A stretch of 64,000 nucleotides of DNA from Kiritimatiellia bacterium (GTDB lineage Bacteria; Verrucomicrobiota; Kiritimatiellia; RFP12; JBMNHG01). Shown piece after piece: positions 21,577 to 30,384 of this stretch. Positions within the stretch are counted from its first letter, which is position 1, and every line of letters begins with the position of its first letter. The stretch spans positions 248,001 through 312,000 of the forward strand of contig JBMNHG010000008.1 in the NCBI GenBank assembly GCA_050950285.1, in the 5' to 3' direction. The translations under genes and the position numbers were made by a program. Below the pieces are notes generated by a model that was not told where the DNA came from, did not search any database, and worked only from the letters and a program-made list of their open reading frames with translations.

Positions 21577-22347
21577 ATGATCGGAGCAATTGCTGGCGAC
21601 ATCATTGGTTCGGCGTACGAGTTCTCGCCAATCAAGACCAAGGATTTTCCACTGTTCCATCCCCGGTGCGAATTCACCGACGACACCGTGCTTACCGTCG
21701 CCATTGCGGAAGCGATCCTCGATGGCACGCCATACGGGGGCGCCGTGCGCCGATACGGTCGCCGTTACCCTAGCGCCAGTTATGGTTTAAAATTCGTCCA
21801 GTGGCTCCGTTCGGAGGATGCCGGACCGTACAACAGTTGGGGCAACGGTTCCGCCATGCGCGTGAGCCCTGTGGGCTTCGCGTTCTCGACCGAGGAAGAA
21901 GTGCTGGCCCAGGCCAAGGCGACGGCGGAGTTTACCCACAACCACCCGGAGGGTATCAAGGGCGCGCAGGCAACGGCATTGGCCATCTTCCTCGCCAGAA
22001 CCGGCAGCGACAAGGAGACCATCCGCTCGCGTGTCGCCGCCTTGTCCGGGTATGACCTGGACCGTACCGTGGACGAAATCCGCCCCGCATACTCTTTTGA
22101 CGAGTCATGCCAAAGGACGGTGCCGGAGGCGATCATTGCCTTCCTTGAGTCCGAGTCGTACGAAGACGCAATTCGCAACGCGGTTTCGCTGGGTGGCGAC
22201 AGCGACACGCTCGCATGCATCACCGGCGGGATTGCCGAGGCGTTCTACGGCGGCGTTCCACCCGAAATCCGCGAGAAAGTTAAAGAGCTGCTCACACCCG
22301 ACCTCTGGGCGGTGACGGAACGCTTCTGCGGGCAGTTCATCATCTAA
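21577..22347 (+). CDS. ADP-ribosylglycohydrolase family protein
   Basis: GAIAGDIIGS, FTDDT, GNGSAMR, THNHPEG, GGDSDT. Confidence 0.92.
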   Translation: MIGAIAGDIIGSAYEFSPIKTKDFPLFHPRCEFTDDTVLTVAIAEAILDGTPYGGAVRRYGRRYPSASYGLKFVQWLRSEDAGPYNSWGNGSAMRVSPVGFAFSTEEEVLAQAKATAEFTHNHPEGIKGAQATALAIFLARTGSDKETIRSRVAALSGYDLDRTVDEIRPAYSFDESCQRTVPEAIIAFLESESYEDAIRNAVSLGGDSDTLACITGGIAEAFYGGVPPEIREKVKELLTPDLWAVTERFCGQFII

Positions 22348-23300
22348 AGGGCGAGACGCTGGAAGCAAAGCTTCCGTTGCGCGACGAGTGCGCGAAGCCG
22401 GCCTTGAAAACCGGCGGACAGGAAGGAACGCGCCAGCACGGCGTCCAGATTCTCGCGCATTGCGCTCAATATACGTTGCTCGGCGCGCTCTCTCTGCTGC
22501 GGAGTCAGCCCGAGGTTGGCGGCGAAACGTTTGAAATTCCGATGGGAAAAGTTGCTCTTCTTGCCGTCGAGAGTGAGCGCGAGCTCCTCCTTTTCATCAG
22601 GCATGTGGAGGCTGGCCGGAACGAGATCGTAGGCGGGCGCCAGATTCCATGCTCCATCGGGATGCCGCAGGAGAGAAAAGTTCTTGAGGTGCATGTCGGA
22701 GTTGCCCGTGAGGAAGCAAAAGAGGACCAGCTCGTAAAGCCGGATAGCATCCAGACCCGGAGCCGAGGAGTATGCGCGGAGGGCTTTGCCGACGGACTCC
22801 ATCGAGGCGCGGTATTTCTCGGTCGTGATCCGGTCGGAGAGTTGGCAGAAGTCCTCCATGTGGAGCACGCCGCCGTCCGGGCGATCCATGCGCCGCGACA
22901 GATAGGCCAACGCGCCGGACTGCAGACGGACGAGCCCGAAATCGGCGGTCGCAATCCCGGCGACCCGCGCAAGCGACATGCAGGCGTGCTCGGACTCGGG
23001 CAGCTCGGGAAAACGTTCCGTGGGGAGCTTGAGGATGTAGTTGCCTTCCAGCCCGACCAGTGTCAGCCGGTCGGGCGTGCCCGTCCCCTTCCGTTCAAGA
23101 TGAACGGAAAGCTTGGCCTGAACGCCGGGAACCGACATGCGGTTGCGGATGATGCGTTCGGCCATGGCGTTGAGTTCTTCGGTGGTATAGTCGAAACGCG
23201 GCGCTTCGGGACGGCCAAAGAGCTTTCTTGCGCAAGCCGGATGGTATCCGCGGTCAACTTCGGAGGCTTCTGCTCCGCATATCAGGCAGCGGGTTGTCAT
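22344..23300 (-). CDS. HipA C-terminal (HipT-like) kinase toxin
   Basis: SVPGVQAKLS, YILKLP, GNSDMHLKNFS, LAPAYD. Confidence 0.9.
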   Translation of the reverse strand: MTTRCLICGAEASEVDRGYHPACARKLFGRPEAPRFDYTTEELNAMAERIIRNRMSVPGVQAKLSVHLERKGTGTPDRLTLVGLEGNYILKLPTERFPELPESEHACMSLARVAGIATADFGLVRLQSGALAYLSRRMDRPDGGVLHMEDFCQLSDRITTEKYRASMESVGKALRAYSSAPGLDAIRLYELVLFCFLTGNSDMHLKNFSLLRHPDGAWNLAPAYDLVPASLHMPDEKEELALTLDGKKSNFSHRNFKRFAANLGLTPQQRERAEQRILSAMRENLDAVLARSFLSAGFQGRLRALVAQRKLCFQRLAL

Positions 23301-23620
23301 GGTGCGACCTCCCGGATGCTCGCGGCACCGATGCAGTCCTTGCAGCAGGCCATCAACAGCCCCATGCGGTCATTCGGATCCAGTTTCCAGGATTGCGTGG
23401 CCACATTCAATAGCCAGCCTTCCGGAATCAGCCCGTCGAAAAACGGGAACAGAAAACGGCTCCGATAGGGTTCAGCCCGCAGAGGCAGGCGCGCGCTAAC
23501 GGGAATAGCATCCGGGCGGGCGATGTAGTCGCGGTCATACTGGAACGTAAAGCCGCCTTCGGCTTCCTCGGCGAGGCGACCGGCTAGCGTTCCGAACAGG
23601 AAGACATCAGCTCTGCGCAT
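23297..23620 (-). CDS. HipA N-terminal domain protein (HipS-like)
   Basis: AGRLAE..FTFQYD..PVSARLP..FPFFDGLIPEGW..DCIGA. Confidence 0.87.
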   Translation of the reverse strand: MRRADVFLFGTLAGRLAEEAEGGFTFQYDRDYIARPDAIPVSARLPLRAEPYRSRFLFPFFDGLIPEGWLLNVATQSWKLDPNDRMGLLMACCKDCIGAASIREVAP

Positions 23621-23825
23621 CGGGCACCTCCCGTTGTTGCGGGACAGGGCCGAGTTCGGCACCGAACAGGTTCAGCACGATGTTGACCTTGTCCATGCGC
23701 AGGGTCGGCTTGCCGCTCTCCAGTTCACGGAGGAACCGCAGGCCGACGCCGGCGCGGTCGGCCAGTTGCATCTGGGTCAGTCCATACTGTTTCCGCTTGC
23801 CGCGGACAAACGATTGAAGCGTCAT
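23607..23825 (-). CDS. HipB-like XRE HTH regulator
   Basis: LTQMQLADRAGVGLRFLRELESGKPTLRMDKVN. Confidence 0.87.
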   Translation of the reverse strand: MTLQSFVRGKRKQYGLTQMQLADRAGVGLRFLRELESGKPTLRMDKVNIVLNLFGAELGPVPQQREVPDAQS

Positions 23826-23829
23826 TACT

Positions 23830-23926
23830 GTATCCTCATCGGGTACGAAAGTGCCCTGTTTCTCAGATTTAACCCCGATAGGGTATAATGTCTGAAAAGA
23901 CGACCGAAATGTACCCGATAAGGTGT
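23830..23926. promoter_or_regulatory. Candidate HipB-like operator boxes
   Basis: Three imperfect copies of palindrome TACCCGATCGGGTA upstream of the HTH gene (~23833, ~23872, ~23912). Confidence 0.45.
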
Positions 23927-23937
23927 AATTAGTCAAG
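23917..23937 (+). repeat. 21-bp direct repeat copy 2
   Basis: GATAAGGTGTAATTAGTCAAG. Confidence 0.6.
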
Positions 23938-24222
23938 CGTGTCGCGCATTGATTTCTTTGATTTATCGAGGCGCTTGCAAAACCCCTTGCCGGTCGGGAC
24001 AGAGCCCGACCCTCCAGATCCGCCCCTGGGGACCGCCGTCCCCGGCGGGCCGGGCGGAGGGACCGGGTTTTGCAAGAGCCTCTTCTCTTGTGGGCGGGAT
24101 GTAAGTGGGGGTAGGGGCGACGCATTGGTTGCGCCGCCCCTACCCCTACGCGACCGCCCACTTTATACGGTTCCAAGATTGAACTTCCGTTTGGTATGAT
24201 TATGGTGTATGGTTTCCCTGTC

Positions 24223-25410
24223 ATGAAAACGGGTGACCGCGTCTTAATCCAGCGTGAAATCGCACCGCATCTGCTGCATCTGGCGCAGATGTACCCGATC
24301 GTCACAGTTACCGGGCCGCGCCAGTCGGGCAAGACCACGCTGGTGCGCCTGCTTTTTCCTTCGTTTGATTATGTTAATCTGGAAATTCCCGATGTCCGCG
24401 CGGAGGCGCTGAGTGATCCGCGCGGCTTCCTGCTCCGCCATGCCGCTCCAGCGATCCTTGACGAGATCCAGCACGCCCCGGCGCTGCTGAGCTACCTCCA
24501 GGCCGTGGTGGACGAAACCGGACGCAACGGCATGTACATATTAACAGGCAGCCATCAGCCCGAACTGCAGGCGGCCATCACCCAGTCGCTCGCCGGGCGA
24601 ACAGGAATCGCAGAATTGCTGCCGCTCTCGATCTCCGAGTGGAAGGCTGCCGGAGCCTCAAAGGGGCGCGACCTCTGGATGCTGCAGGGGTTCATGCCGC
24701 GGCTGGCCGGAAACGACGTGGCACCGGTTCAGCTCTACCGGGACTATTTCCGCACCTACGTGGAGCGCGATGCCCGTCAGTTGATCAACCTGCGCAACCT
24801 CCGGGCTTTCGAGACCTTTGTCCGCCTGCTGGCGGGACGGGTCGGCCAGATCATAAACTTCGCTTCGCTGGCCGGGGATATAGGCGTCTCGGCCGCCACC
24901 CTGCGGGAGTGGCTGAGCGTGCTTGAGGCATCCTATGTGGTCTGGACAATTACGCCCTACTTCAGGAATTTCGGCAAGCGGCTGATCAAGTCGCCGAAAA
25001 TCTATTTCACGGAGACCGGCCTGGCCGCCTATCTGCTGGGGCTGCGCACGGAAGATCAGGTCGGGCGCGACCCGCTGCTCGGCAACCTTTTTGAGAACAT
25101 GGTGGTCATGGAGGTGCTGAAGGCGCGTCTGAATGCGGGCAAGGATCCTGACTTGTACTTCTTCCGCGACAGCCAGGGCTTCGAGGTGGATCTGCTGCTG
25201 GCCTCGGGGCGCACACTGGTGCCTATCGAGATCAAGGCCGCCTACACGCCCGGCGAGGATCTCAGCAAGGGGGTGCGGCGCTTCGCCGCCCTTACAACCG
25301 AGGCGGTGCGCCCGACGGTGATCTATGCCGGACGCGATATTCCCTCGCAGGATGCCCCATCCTTTCTCAACTTCGAGCACACGGCCGGGTTTATTCGCGA
25401 ATGTCCGTGA
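24223..25410 (+). CDS. AAA_14 ATPase with DUF4143 domain
   Basis: GPRQSGKTT, LDEIQ, LTGS, SLAGR, KSPKIYF, FEVDLL. Confidence 0.9.
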   Translation: MKTGDRVLIQREIAPHLLHLAQMYPIVTVTGPRQSGKTTLVRLLFPSFDYVNLEIPDVRAEALSDPRGFLLRHAAPAILDEIQHAPALLSYLQAVVDETGRNGMYILTGSHQPELQAAITQSLAGRTGIAELLPLSISEWKAAGASKGRDLWMLQGFMPRLAGNDVAPVQLYRDYFRTYVERDARQLINLRNLRAFETFVRLLAGRVGQIINFASLAGDIGVSAATLREWLSVLEASYVVWTITPYFRNFGKRLIKSPKIYFTETGLAAYLLGLRTEDQVGRDPLLGNLFENMVVMEVLKARLNAGKDPDLYFFRDSQGFEVDLLLASGRTLVPIEIKAAYTPGEDLSKGVRRFAALTTEAVRPTVIYAGRDIPSQDAPSFLNFEHTAGFIRECP

Positions 25411-25531
25411 GGACGCCCCTACTGCGCCCTCTCCTCCGCCAAGATTCGCAACCAGCGTCATCCCCGGCATCACCAGCCGCCGGAAATTTCCGTTTTCACG
25501 AGTTCCCGATAAAAAAAGTTCACCGCCCCTC

Positions 25532-25575
25532 TTGACAAGTACGGTCACCCGTGATAAGTTCGGCGCGCCAAACTT
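25532..25575 (+). promoter_or_regulatory. Sigma70 promoter with overlapping palindromic operator (candidate DtxR-family box)
   Basis: TTGACA(25532)-17 bp-TAAGTT(25555); AAGTTCGGCGCGCCAAACTT at 25556-25575. Confidence 0.7.
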
Positions 25576-25608
25576 TTAAGAGGCGAAGGAACTTGGAAGG
25601 ACGTTGCG

Positions 25609-26367
25609 ATGACGGAAGCGTTGAGCATCAGCATTGAAAACTATCTGGAGACGATCTTTCTCCTCATTCGGGAGCATACGGTTGCCCGGTCGAAGGATAT
25701 CTCGGATCGTCTCGAGGTGAACCGGTCGTCCGTGACCGGCATGTTGCAGACCCTGCGTGACCGGGGACTGGTGAACTACGAGCCCTACGGTTTCGTCACC
25801 CTGACCGCCGAGGGCGAGAAGATCGCCAGCCGCGTCCTGCGGCGGCATGAGGCGCTGCGCGACTTCATGGTGCATGTGCTGGCCATCGACGAGGCCGAGG
25901 CCGACAAGGCCGCCTGCCACATGGAGCACGGCATATCGTCGCGCGTCGTGGAGCGATTCGTCGAGTTCGCGGATTTCGTCAAGACCTGCCCCAGGGCGGG
26001 CGCGAAGTGGGTACACGGCTTCGGGTACCGTTGCGAGGAGGCGGCGGTCGAGCCGCATAACTGCGAGCGGTGCATCGAGCAGTGCCTCGAGGATGTCAGG
26101 AAGAACCAGAGGAAAGGAACAGAGAGTGTCATGACCATTCCACTCAGTGAGTTAAAACCCGGCGAGAAGGCGCAGATTGAGAAGGTCGCCGGTCAGGGTG
26201 CCGTGAAGCGGCGCATCCGCGACATGGGCGTCACCACGGGCAGCCTGGTCGAGGTGGTGCGCGTGGCCCCGCTGGGAGACCCCATCGACGTGAGGATCAA
26301 GGGCTACCATCTGTCGCTCCGCAAGGGGGAGGCGGCGGATATCAGCGTGAAGAGGGTCAACGCATGA
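25609..26367 (+). CDS. DtxR/MntR-family metal-dependent regulator with C-terminal FeoA domain
   Basis: ENYLETI, ARSKDIS..SVTGML, RRHEAL, ACHMEH; C-terminal LSELKPGEKA..RVAPLGDPI..LSLRKGEA. Confidence 0.9.
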   Translation: MTEALSISIENYLETIFLLIREHTVARSKDISDRLEVNRSSVTGMLQTLRDRGLVNYEPYGFVTLTAEGEKIASRVLRRHEALRDFMVHVLAIDEAEADKAACHMEHGISSRVVERFVEFADFVKTCPRAGAKWVHGFGYRCEEAAVEPHNCERCIEQCLEDVRKNQRKGTESVMTIPLSELKPGEKAQIEKVAGQGAVKRRIRDMGVTTGSLVEVVRVAPLGDPIDVRIKGYHLSLRKGEAADISVKRVNA

Positions 26368-26633
26368 GGTGCGCAGCCATGAACCCGGCCTTGTGGATGC
26401 CTCTGAGCCTGGTGCCGGCAGGGCACTCGGTGCGGCTGCGGCGTGTGCAGGCCGGCAGTGGGCTGGCCGCCCGGCTGACCGCCATGGGTCTGCTGCCGGG
26501 AACACAGATACAGGTGTGCCACAACGACCGCAACGGGCCGGTGATTCTCGGAATCAACGGCAACCGGCTGATGCTGGGACGCGGCATGGCGGAGAAGGTC
26601 TCGGTAGAGGATGAAGGGGTGCAGCCGTCATAA
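26364..26633 (+). CDS. feoA: Ferrous iron transport protein A (start may be 26379)
   Basis: RLTAMGLLPG..GPVIL..RLMLGRGMAEKV; between DtxR and feoB. Confidence 0.85.
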   Translation: MRCAAMNPALWMPLSLVPAGHSVRLRRVQAGSGLAARLTAMGLLPGTQIQVCHNDRNGPVILGINGNRLMLGRGMAEKVSVEDEGVQPS

Positions 26634-26665
26634 GACGGACATCCCCACTCTTTTTTTTGTGTTTA

Positions 26666-26685
26666 AAGTTTGGCGTGGCGAACAA
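26666..26685 (+). promoter_or_regulatory. Second candidate DtxR-family operator upstream of feoB
   Basis: AAGTTTGGCGTGGCGAACAA, 16/20 to reverse complement of the 25556 palindrome. Confidence 0.55.
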
Positions 26686-26733
26686 TTATCGCCTTGCCGT
26701 ACTACAGGACGCGTAACGCGCAAAGGGAAATCA

Positions 26734-28797
26734 ATGAAGACGATCATGGTTGCACTGGCCGGCAACCCGAACTCCGGCAAGACAACGCTGTTCAACAACA
26801 TCACCGGCTCGCGCCAGCATGTCGGCAACTATCCCGGCGTGACGGTCGAGAAGAAGGAAGGCACCTGCCGCCACGCGGGGCAGGATCTGAAGGTCGTGGA
26901 TCTTCCGGGCACCTACAGCCTCACCGCCTACTCGATCGAGGAGCTTGTGGCGCGCAACTTCATCATCGACGAGAAGCCGGATGTGGTTGTCAACGTGGTG
27001 GATGCCTCGAACCTCGAGCGGAACCTCTACCTCGGGGTCCAGCTTCTGGAACTCGGCGTCCCCGTGGTCTTCGCCTTCAACATGAGCGATGTGGCCCGGT
27101 CGCGGGGGATCGAGTTCGATCTCGACGCGCTGGCCTCGCGGCTGGGGGCGCCGATCGTCCCGACGGTCGGCAACAAGAATGTCGGCACCACCGAACTGCT
27201 GGACGCGGTGATCCGCGTTGCCGGGGCGGGCCAGCCCGCCTCGGCAACGGAAATCAACTACGGCGCCGATATCGAGCGCTCCATCGGGGCCGTGCGCGAG
27301 GTGGCGCAACGCCATTCCGGTCCCGCCGACGACACGGAAGCCCGCTGGACGGCCGTGAAGCTCCTCGAGAACGACAAGGAGGTCGCCGGGCGCTTCACCG
27401 CGCCGGAGGTGCGCGAGACCGTCCGCGCCGAGCAGGAGCGGATCGCGAAGCTCCTGGGCGACACGGCGGAGATGATCATCGCCGACCGCCGCTACGGCTT
27501 CATCTCCGGCGCGTGCCGCGAGACCGTGCGCTCGACGGTCGAGGCGCGGCGCACGCGCTCGGACCGCATCGACGGGATCGTCCTGCACCGCTTCTGGGGC
27601 ATCCCGATCTTCCTGGTTCTGATGTACCTGGTCTTCTGGCTCACCTTTACCGTGGGCACCCCGCCCATGGAGTGGATCGAGGGGTTCTTCGGTTGGCTGG
27701 GCGAGACGGTGTCCGGCTGGTGGCCGGCGGGCTCGGAGAGCCTGCTCAAGTCGCTGCTGGTGGACGGCATCATCAGCGGCGTCGGCGGGGTGCTCGTCTT
27801 CCTGCCGAACATCCTGCTGCTGTTCCTGGCCATCGCCGTGCTGGAGGATTCCGGCTACATGGCGCGGGCGGCCTTCCTGGTGGACCGGCTCATGCACAAG
27901 ATCGGGCTGCACGGCAAGAGTTTCATCCCCATGCTGACGGGCTTCGGCTGCTCGATTCCCGGCATCATGGCCACCCGCACGCTGGAGAGCCGGCGCGACC
28001 GGCTCACGACGATGCTGGTGCTGCCGCTGATGAGCTGCGGCGCGCGGCTGCCGATCTACGCGCTGATCATCCCGGCCTTCTTCCCGCAGGCCTGGCACGC
28101 GCCCATGCTGTGGATCATCTACCTGACCGGCATTGTCCTGGCCATAGTCTGCGCCAAGCTGCTGCGCTCGACGCTCTTCAAGGGCGAGTCCGTGCCGTTC
28201 GTCATGGAGCTGCCGCCCTACCGCATGCCCACGCTCAAGGGCGTGCTGATCCACATGTGGGAGCGCGGCAGTCTCTACCTCAAGAAGGCCGGCACGGTCA
28301 TCCTGGGTATTTCGATCCTCCTGTGGGTGCTGACCAGTTTCCCGCGGCTGAAGAGCGTGGATCCCGGCCTCTCCCCCGGGGAGCGGCAGGCCGCCGAACT
28401 CTCGCACACCATCGCCGGAAGGATCGGCCACGCCATGGAGCCGGTCATCAAGCCGATGGGGTTCGACTGGCGCATCGGCACGGCCATGATCGGCGCGTTT
28501 GCGGCGAAGGAGGTCTTCGTGGCGCAGATGGGCATCGTGTATTCCGTGGGCGAAGCCGACGAGGAGTCGGAGCCGCTGCGCGACAAGCTGCGGGCCAACT
28601 ACTCGCCGCTGGTCGGGTTCTGCATCATGCTCTTCATGCTGATCTCCGCGCCGTGCATGGCGACCATCGCGGTCACGAAGCGCGAGAGCAATTCATGGAA
28701 GTGGGCCTTGTTCCAACTGGGCGGCCTCACGGCGCTGGCCTACGTGGTGACGTTGGCCGTGTACCAGATCGGCTCGGCCCTCGGAATCGGAATCTAG
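26734..28797 (+). CDS. feoB: Ferrous iron transporter B
   Basis: GNPNSGKT, VGNYPGVTVEKK, DLPGTYSL, GFGCSIP, MSCGARLP, AAKEV. Confidence 0.96.
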   Translation: MKTIMVALAGNPNSGKTTLFNNITGSRQHVGNYPGVTVEKKEGTCRHAGQDLKVVDLPGTYSLTAYSIEELVARNFIIDEKPDVVVNVVDASNLERNLYLGVQLLELGVPVVFAFNMSDVARSRGIEFDLDALASRLGAPIVPTVGNKNVGTTELLDAVIRVAGAGQPASATEINYGADIERSIGAVREVAQRHSGPADDTEARWTAVKLLENDKEVAGRFTAPEVRETVRAEQERIAKLLGDTAEMIIADRRYGFISGACRETVRSTVEARRTRSDRIDGIVLHRFWGIPIFLVLMYLVFWLTFTVGTPPMEWIEGFFGWLGETVSGWWPAGSESLLKSLLVDGIISGVGGVLVFLPNILLLFLAIAVLEDSGYMARAAFLVDRLMHKIGLHGKSFIPMLTGFGCSIPGIMATRTLESRRDRLTTMLVLPLMSCGARLPIYALIIPAFFPQAWHAPMLWIIYLTGIVLAIVCAKLLRSTLFKGESVPFVMELPPYRMPTLKGVLIHMWERGSLYLKKAGTVILGISILLWVLTSFPRLKSVDPGLSPGERQAAELSHTIAGRIGHAMEPVIKPMGFDWRIGTAMIGAFAAKEVFVAQMGIVYSVGEADEESEPLRDKLRANYSPLVGFCIMLFMLISAPCMATIAVTKRESNSWKWALFQLGGLTALAYVVTLAVYQIGSALGIGI

Positions 28798-28807
28798 GAG
28801 GGCGGCC

Positions 28808-28975
28808 ATGTGGGAGAATCTAATCGTGGTTGTCGTTGTCGGCGCGGCAGTCTTGTTCGTCGGGCGCGCGTTGTGGCGCGACATGCGGGACGAGGCCGGC
28901 CGCGGATGCCGGGGCTGCAGGGGCTGCGACCGTCGGGACAATGCGAAAGGAGCGTGCCATGGCATCGACGCATGA
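28808..28975 (+). CDS. FeoB-associated Cys-rich small membrane protein (55 aa; not in ORF track)
   Basis: MWENLIVVVVVGAAVLFVGRALW..GCRGCRGC..C; AGGAG RBS after feoB. Confidence 0.75.
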   Translation: MWENLIVVVVVGAAVLFVGRALWRDMRDEAGRGCRGCRGCDRRDNAKGACHGIDA

Positions 28976-29315
28976 GGCCGTGTTGGCGCGGATCGAAGAG
29001 CTCTACCGCATGCTGTTCGCGCATAGCGGTTACGGCGAAATGGCGATCGAGATTCGCTTTCTGCGCAAGCACGAGAAAGAGGTGTTGATCAAGTGCGGCA
29101 AGCAGTACCGCTTCATTGTGCCTTGCGACAGTCCGACGGAAGCGGTCGACCCGGGTTGCGAAGCCGACGCGGGCGCGCATGGAAGAATTGAAAGCAGCGC
29201 GGGCGCAGGGCGTCCGCCGGAACGACGTGTACAAAAGACGAAGGAAGCACGGAACAAAGCCGATCCCGCAGGGCGGGCGGCGGCCGTGTCGGGAAAGGAG
29301 TTGCGCATCGAGTGA
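28959..29315 (+). CDS. Small hypothetical protein
   Basis: AAGGAG RBS; MASTHEAVLARIEELYRMLFAHSGYGEMAIEIRFLRKHEKEVLIKCGKQYRFIVPC. Confidence 0.7.
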   Translation: MASTHEAVLARIEELYRMLFAHSGYGEMAIEIRFLRKHEKEVLIKCGKQYRFIVPCDSPTEAVDPGCEADAGAHGRIESSAGAGRPPERRVQKTKEARNKADPAGRAAAVSGKELRIE

Positions 29316-29321
29316 AACATC

Positions 29322-29426
29322 GGTTGCGGGAGCGGTTCCCGCGCCATGGAATCTGCAAGACATGCCGGACGGGCTGACCGAGGCGGGAGCCGTCCATGAA
29401 AGAAAAACGGGCATCGAACGATGCTC
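29322..29426 (+). ncRNA. Candidate structured cis-regulatory RNA, copy 1 (5' of prepilin 1)
   Basis: 71 nt 69/71 identical to 31786-31856, plus a 3' GGGCA hairpin in both copies. Confidence 0.5.
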
Positions 29427-29449
29427 CATCAAGTGAAAGAAAAAACAGC

Positions 29450-30292
29450 ATGAAAACGAAAACGAAAACGAAAATGAACAAAAGTGGTTTCACCCTGATC
29501 GAGCTGCTGATTGTGATCGGCCTGCTCGGTGCGCTGGTCGCGCTGATCCTGCCCAGGCTGACGGCCGACCGCGAGGAGGCCATGGGCGACGTGTGCGACT
29601 ACAACCAGGCCGGCACCGTGCGCGTGCTGACCCAGTACGTGGACATGTTCGGCGCCTACCCCGCCGGCATGCACAACGGCATGCAGACGGCGTCGGGCTC
29701 ACCGGAGGCGATGGAAGGCCTCCCCGAGGCGCAGGAAGACCACATGGTCACCCAAATCGCGACCACGCGGCTGACGCTCGACGCCAACCAGGCGAAATCG
29801 CTGGTGGACGCAGGCATCAAGTCCATCGCCTACGGCACGGGCTACAACATCGTCGACGTGGCGCAGGATGTCGTCGTGGCGCAGGCTTGCGCCGCCGATG
29901 GCTCCAACCCCTGGTTTGACGACTCCGACCCTGCGGTGGAGATGACGTTCGACGGCATCGCGATCAGCGACTGGGCCCAGGCCACGGCGGGGGCGACCCC
30001 GATCTGGAACGAACAGGGCGGCGCGGGCCCGGTGGTCTGCCTCTGGATCACGCCGACCATCGACTGGGCGAAGGGCGACGGCGGCAACACCGACTGGACC
30101 AAGGGCGCCGTCGAGTACGGCATCAGCATGGAAGGCAAATGCCCGATCCCGACGGTGGCCACCAGCCAAGGCGGCGCCGACGTCGAGGTGGACTTCGCCT
30201 ACTACATGGCGTACTTCAAGGTGTACAACGACGGCACCCCCGCGCGCATGATCGGCAGCACCTGCCCGGAATGCGGCGTGCTGAATCCGTAA
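29450..30292 (+). CDS. Large type IV prepilin-like protein 1
   Basis: KSG|FTLIELLIVIGLLGALVALILP class III signal; ends TCPECGVLNP. Confidence 0.88.
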   Translation: MKTKTKTKMNKSGFTLIELLIVIGLLGALVALILPRLTADREEAMGDVCDYNQAGTVRVLTQYVDMFGAYPAGMHNGMQTASGSPEAMEGLPEAQEDHMVTQIATTRLTLDANQAKSLVDAGIKSIAYGTGYNIVDVAQDVVVAQACAADGSNPWFDDSDPAVEMTFDGIAISDWAQATAGATPIWNEQGGAGPVVCLWITPTIDWAKGDGGNTDWTKGAVEYGISMEGKCPIPTVATSQGGADVEVDFAYYMAYFKVYNDGTPARMIGSTCPECGVLNP

Positions 30293-30304
30293 CCTGAACG
30301 CAAA

Positions 30305-30359
30305 ACCCCGGCTGCGGGGGTTCACGCCCCCGCAGGCTTCACGCCCCCGCAGCCCTTTT
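30305..30359 (+). terminator. GC hairpin after prepilin 1 with duplicated 3' arm and T tract
   Basis: GGCTGCGGGGG TTCACG CCCCCGCAG...CCCTTTTG; 31 bp identical to 31731-31761. Confidence 0.6.
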
Positions 30360-30384
30360 GGAATTTTTCGTGCGCAGACATCAC

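Noticed and set aside
19040..25500. Integron cassette array
   Set aside because: No integrase, no convincing attC sites, mixed gene orientation
26670..28823. Long alternative-frame and antisense ORFs here and throughout (e.g. 15088-17475, 33522-35759, 46856-49054)
   Set aside because: Arg/Ala/Gly-rich shadows of high-GC genes overlapping well-supported CDSs
29322..29392. tRNA or known riboswitch (cobalamin, FMN, SAM, TPP)
   Set aside because: No cloverleaf/TTC loop/CCA, and no recognisable signature of those classes
29452..29476. GAAAAC hexamer repeat as phase-variation tract in prepilin 1
   Set aside because: Only ~4 units, in frame (KT repeats), so slippage would not switch expression
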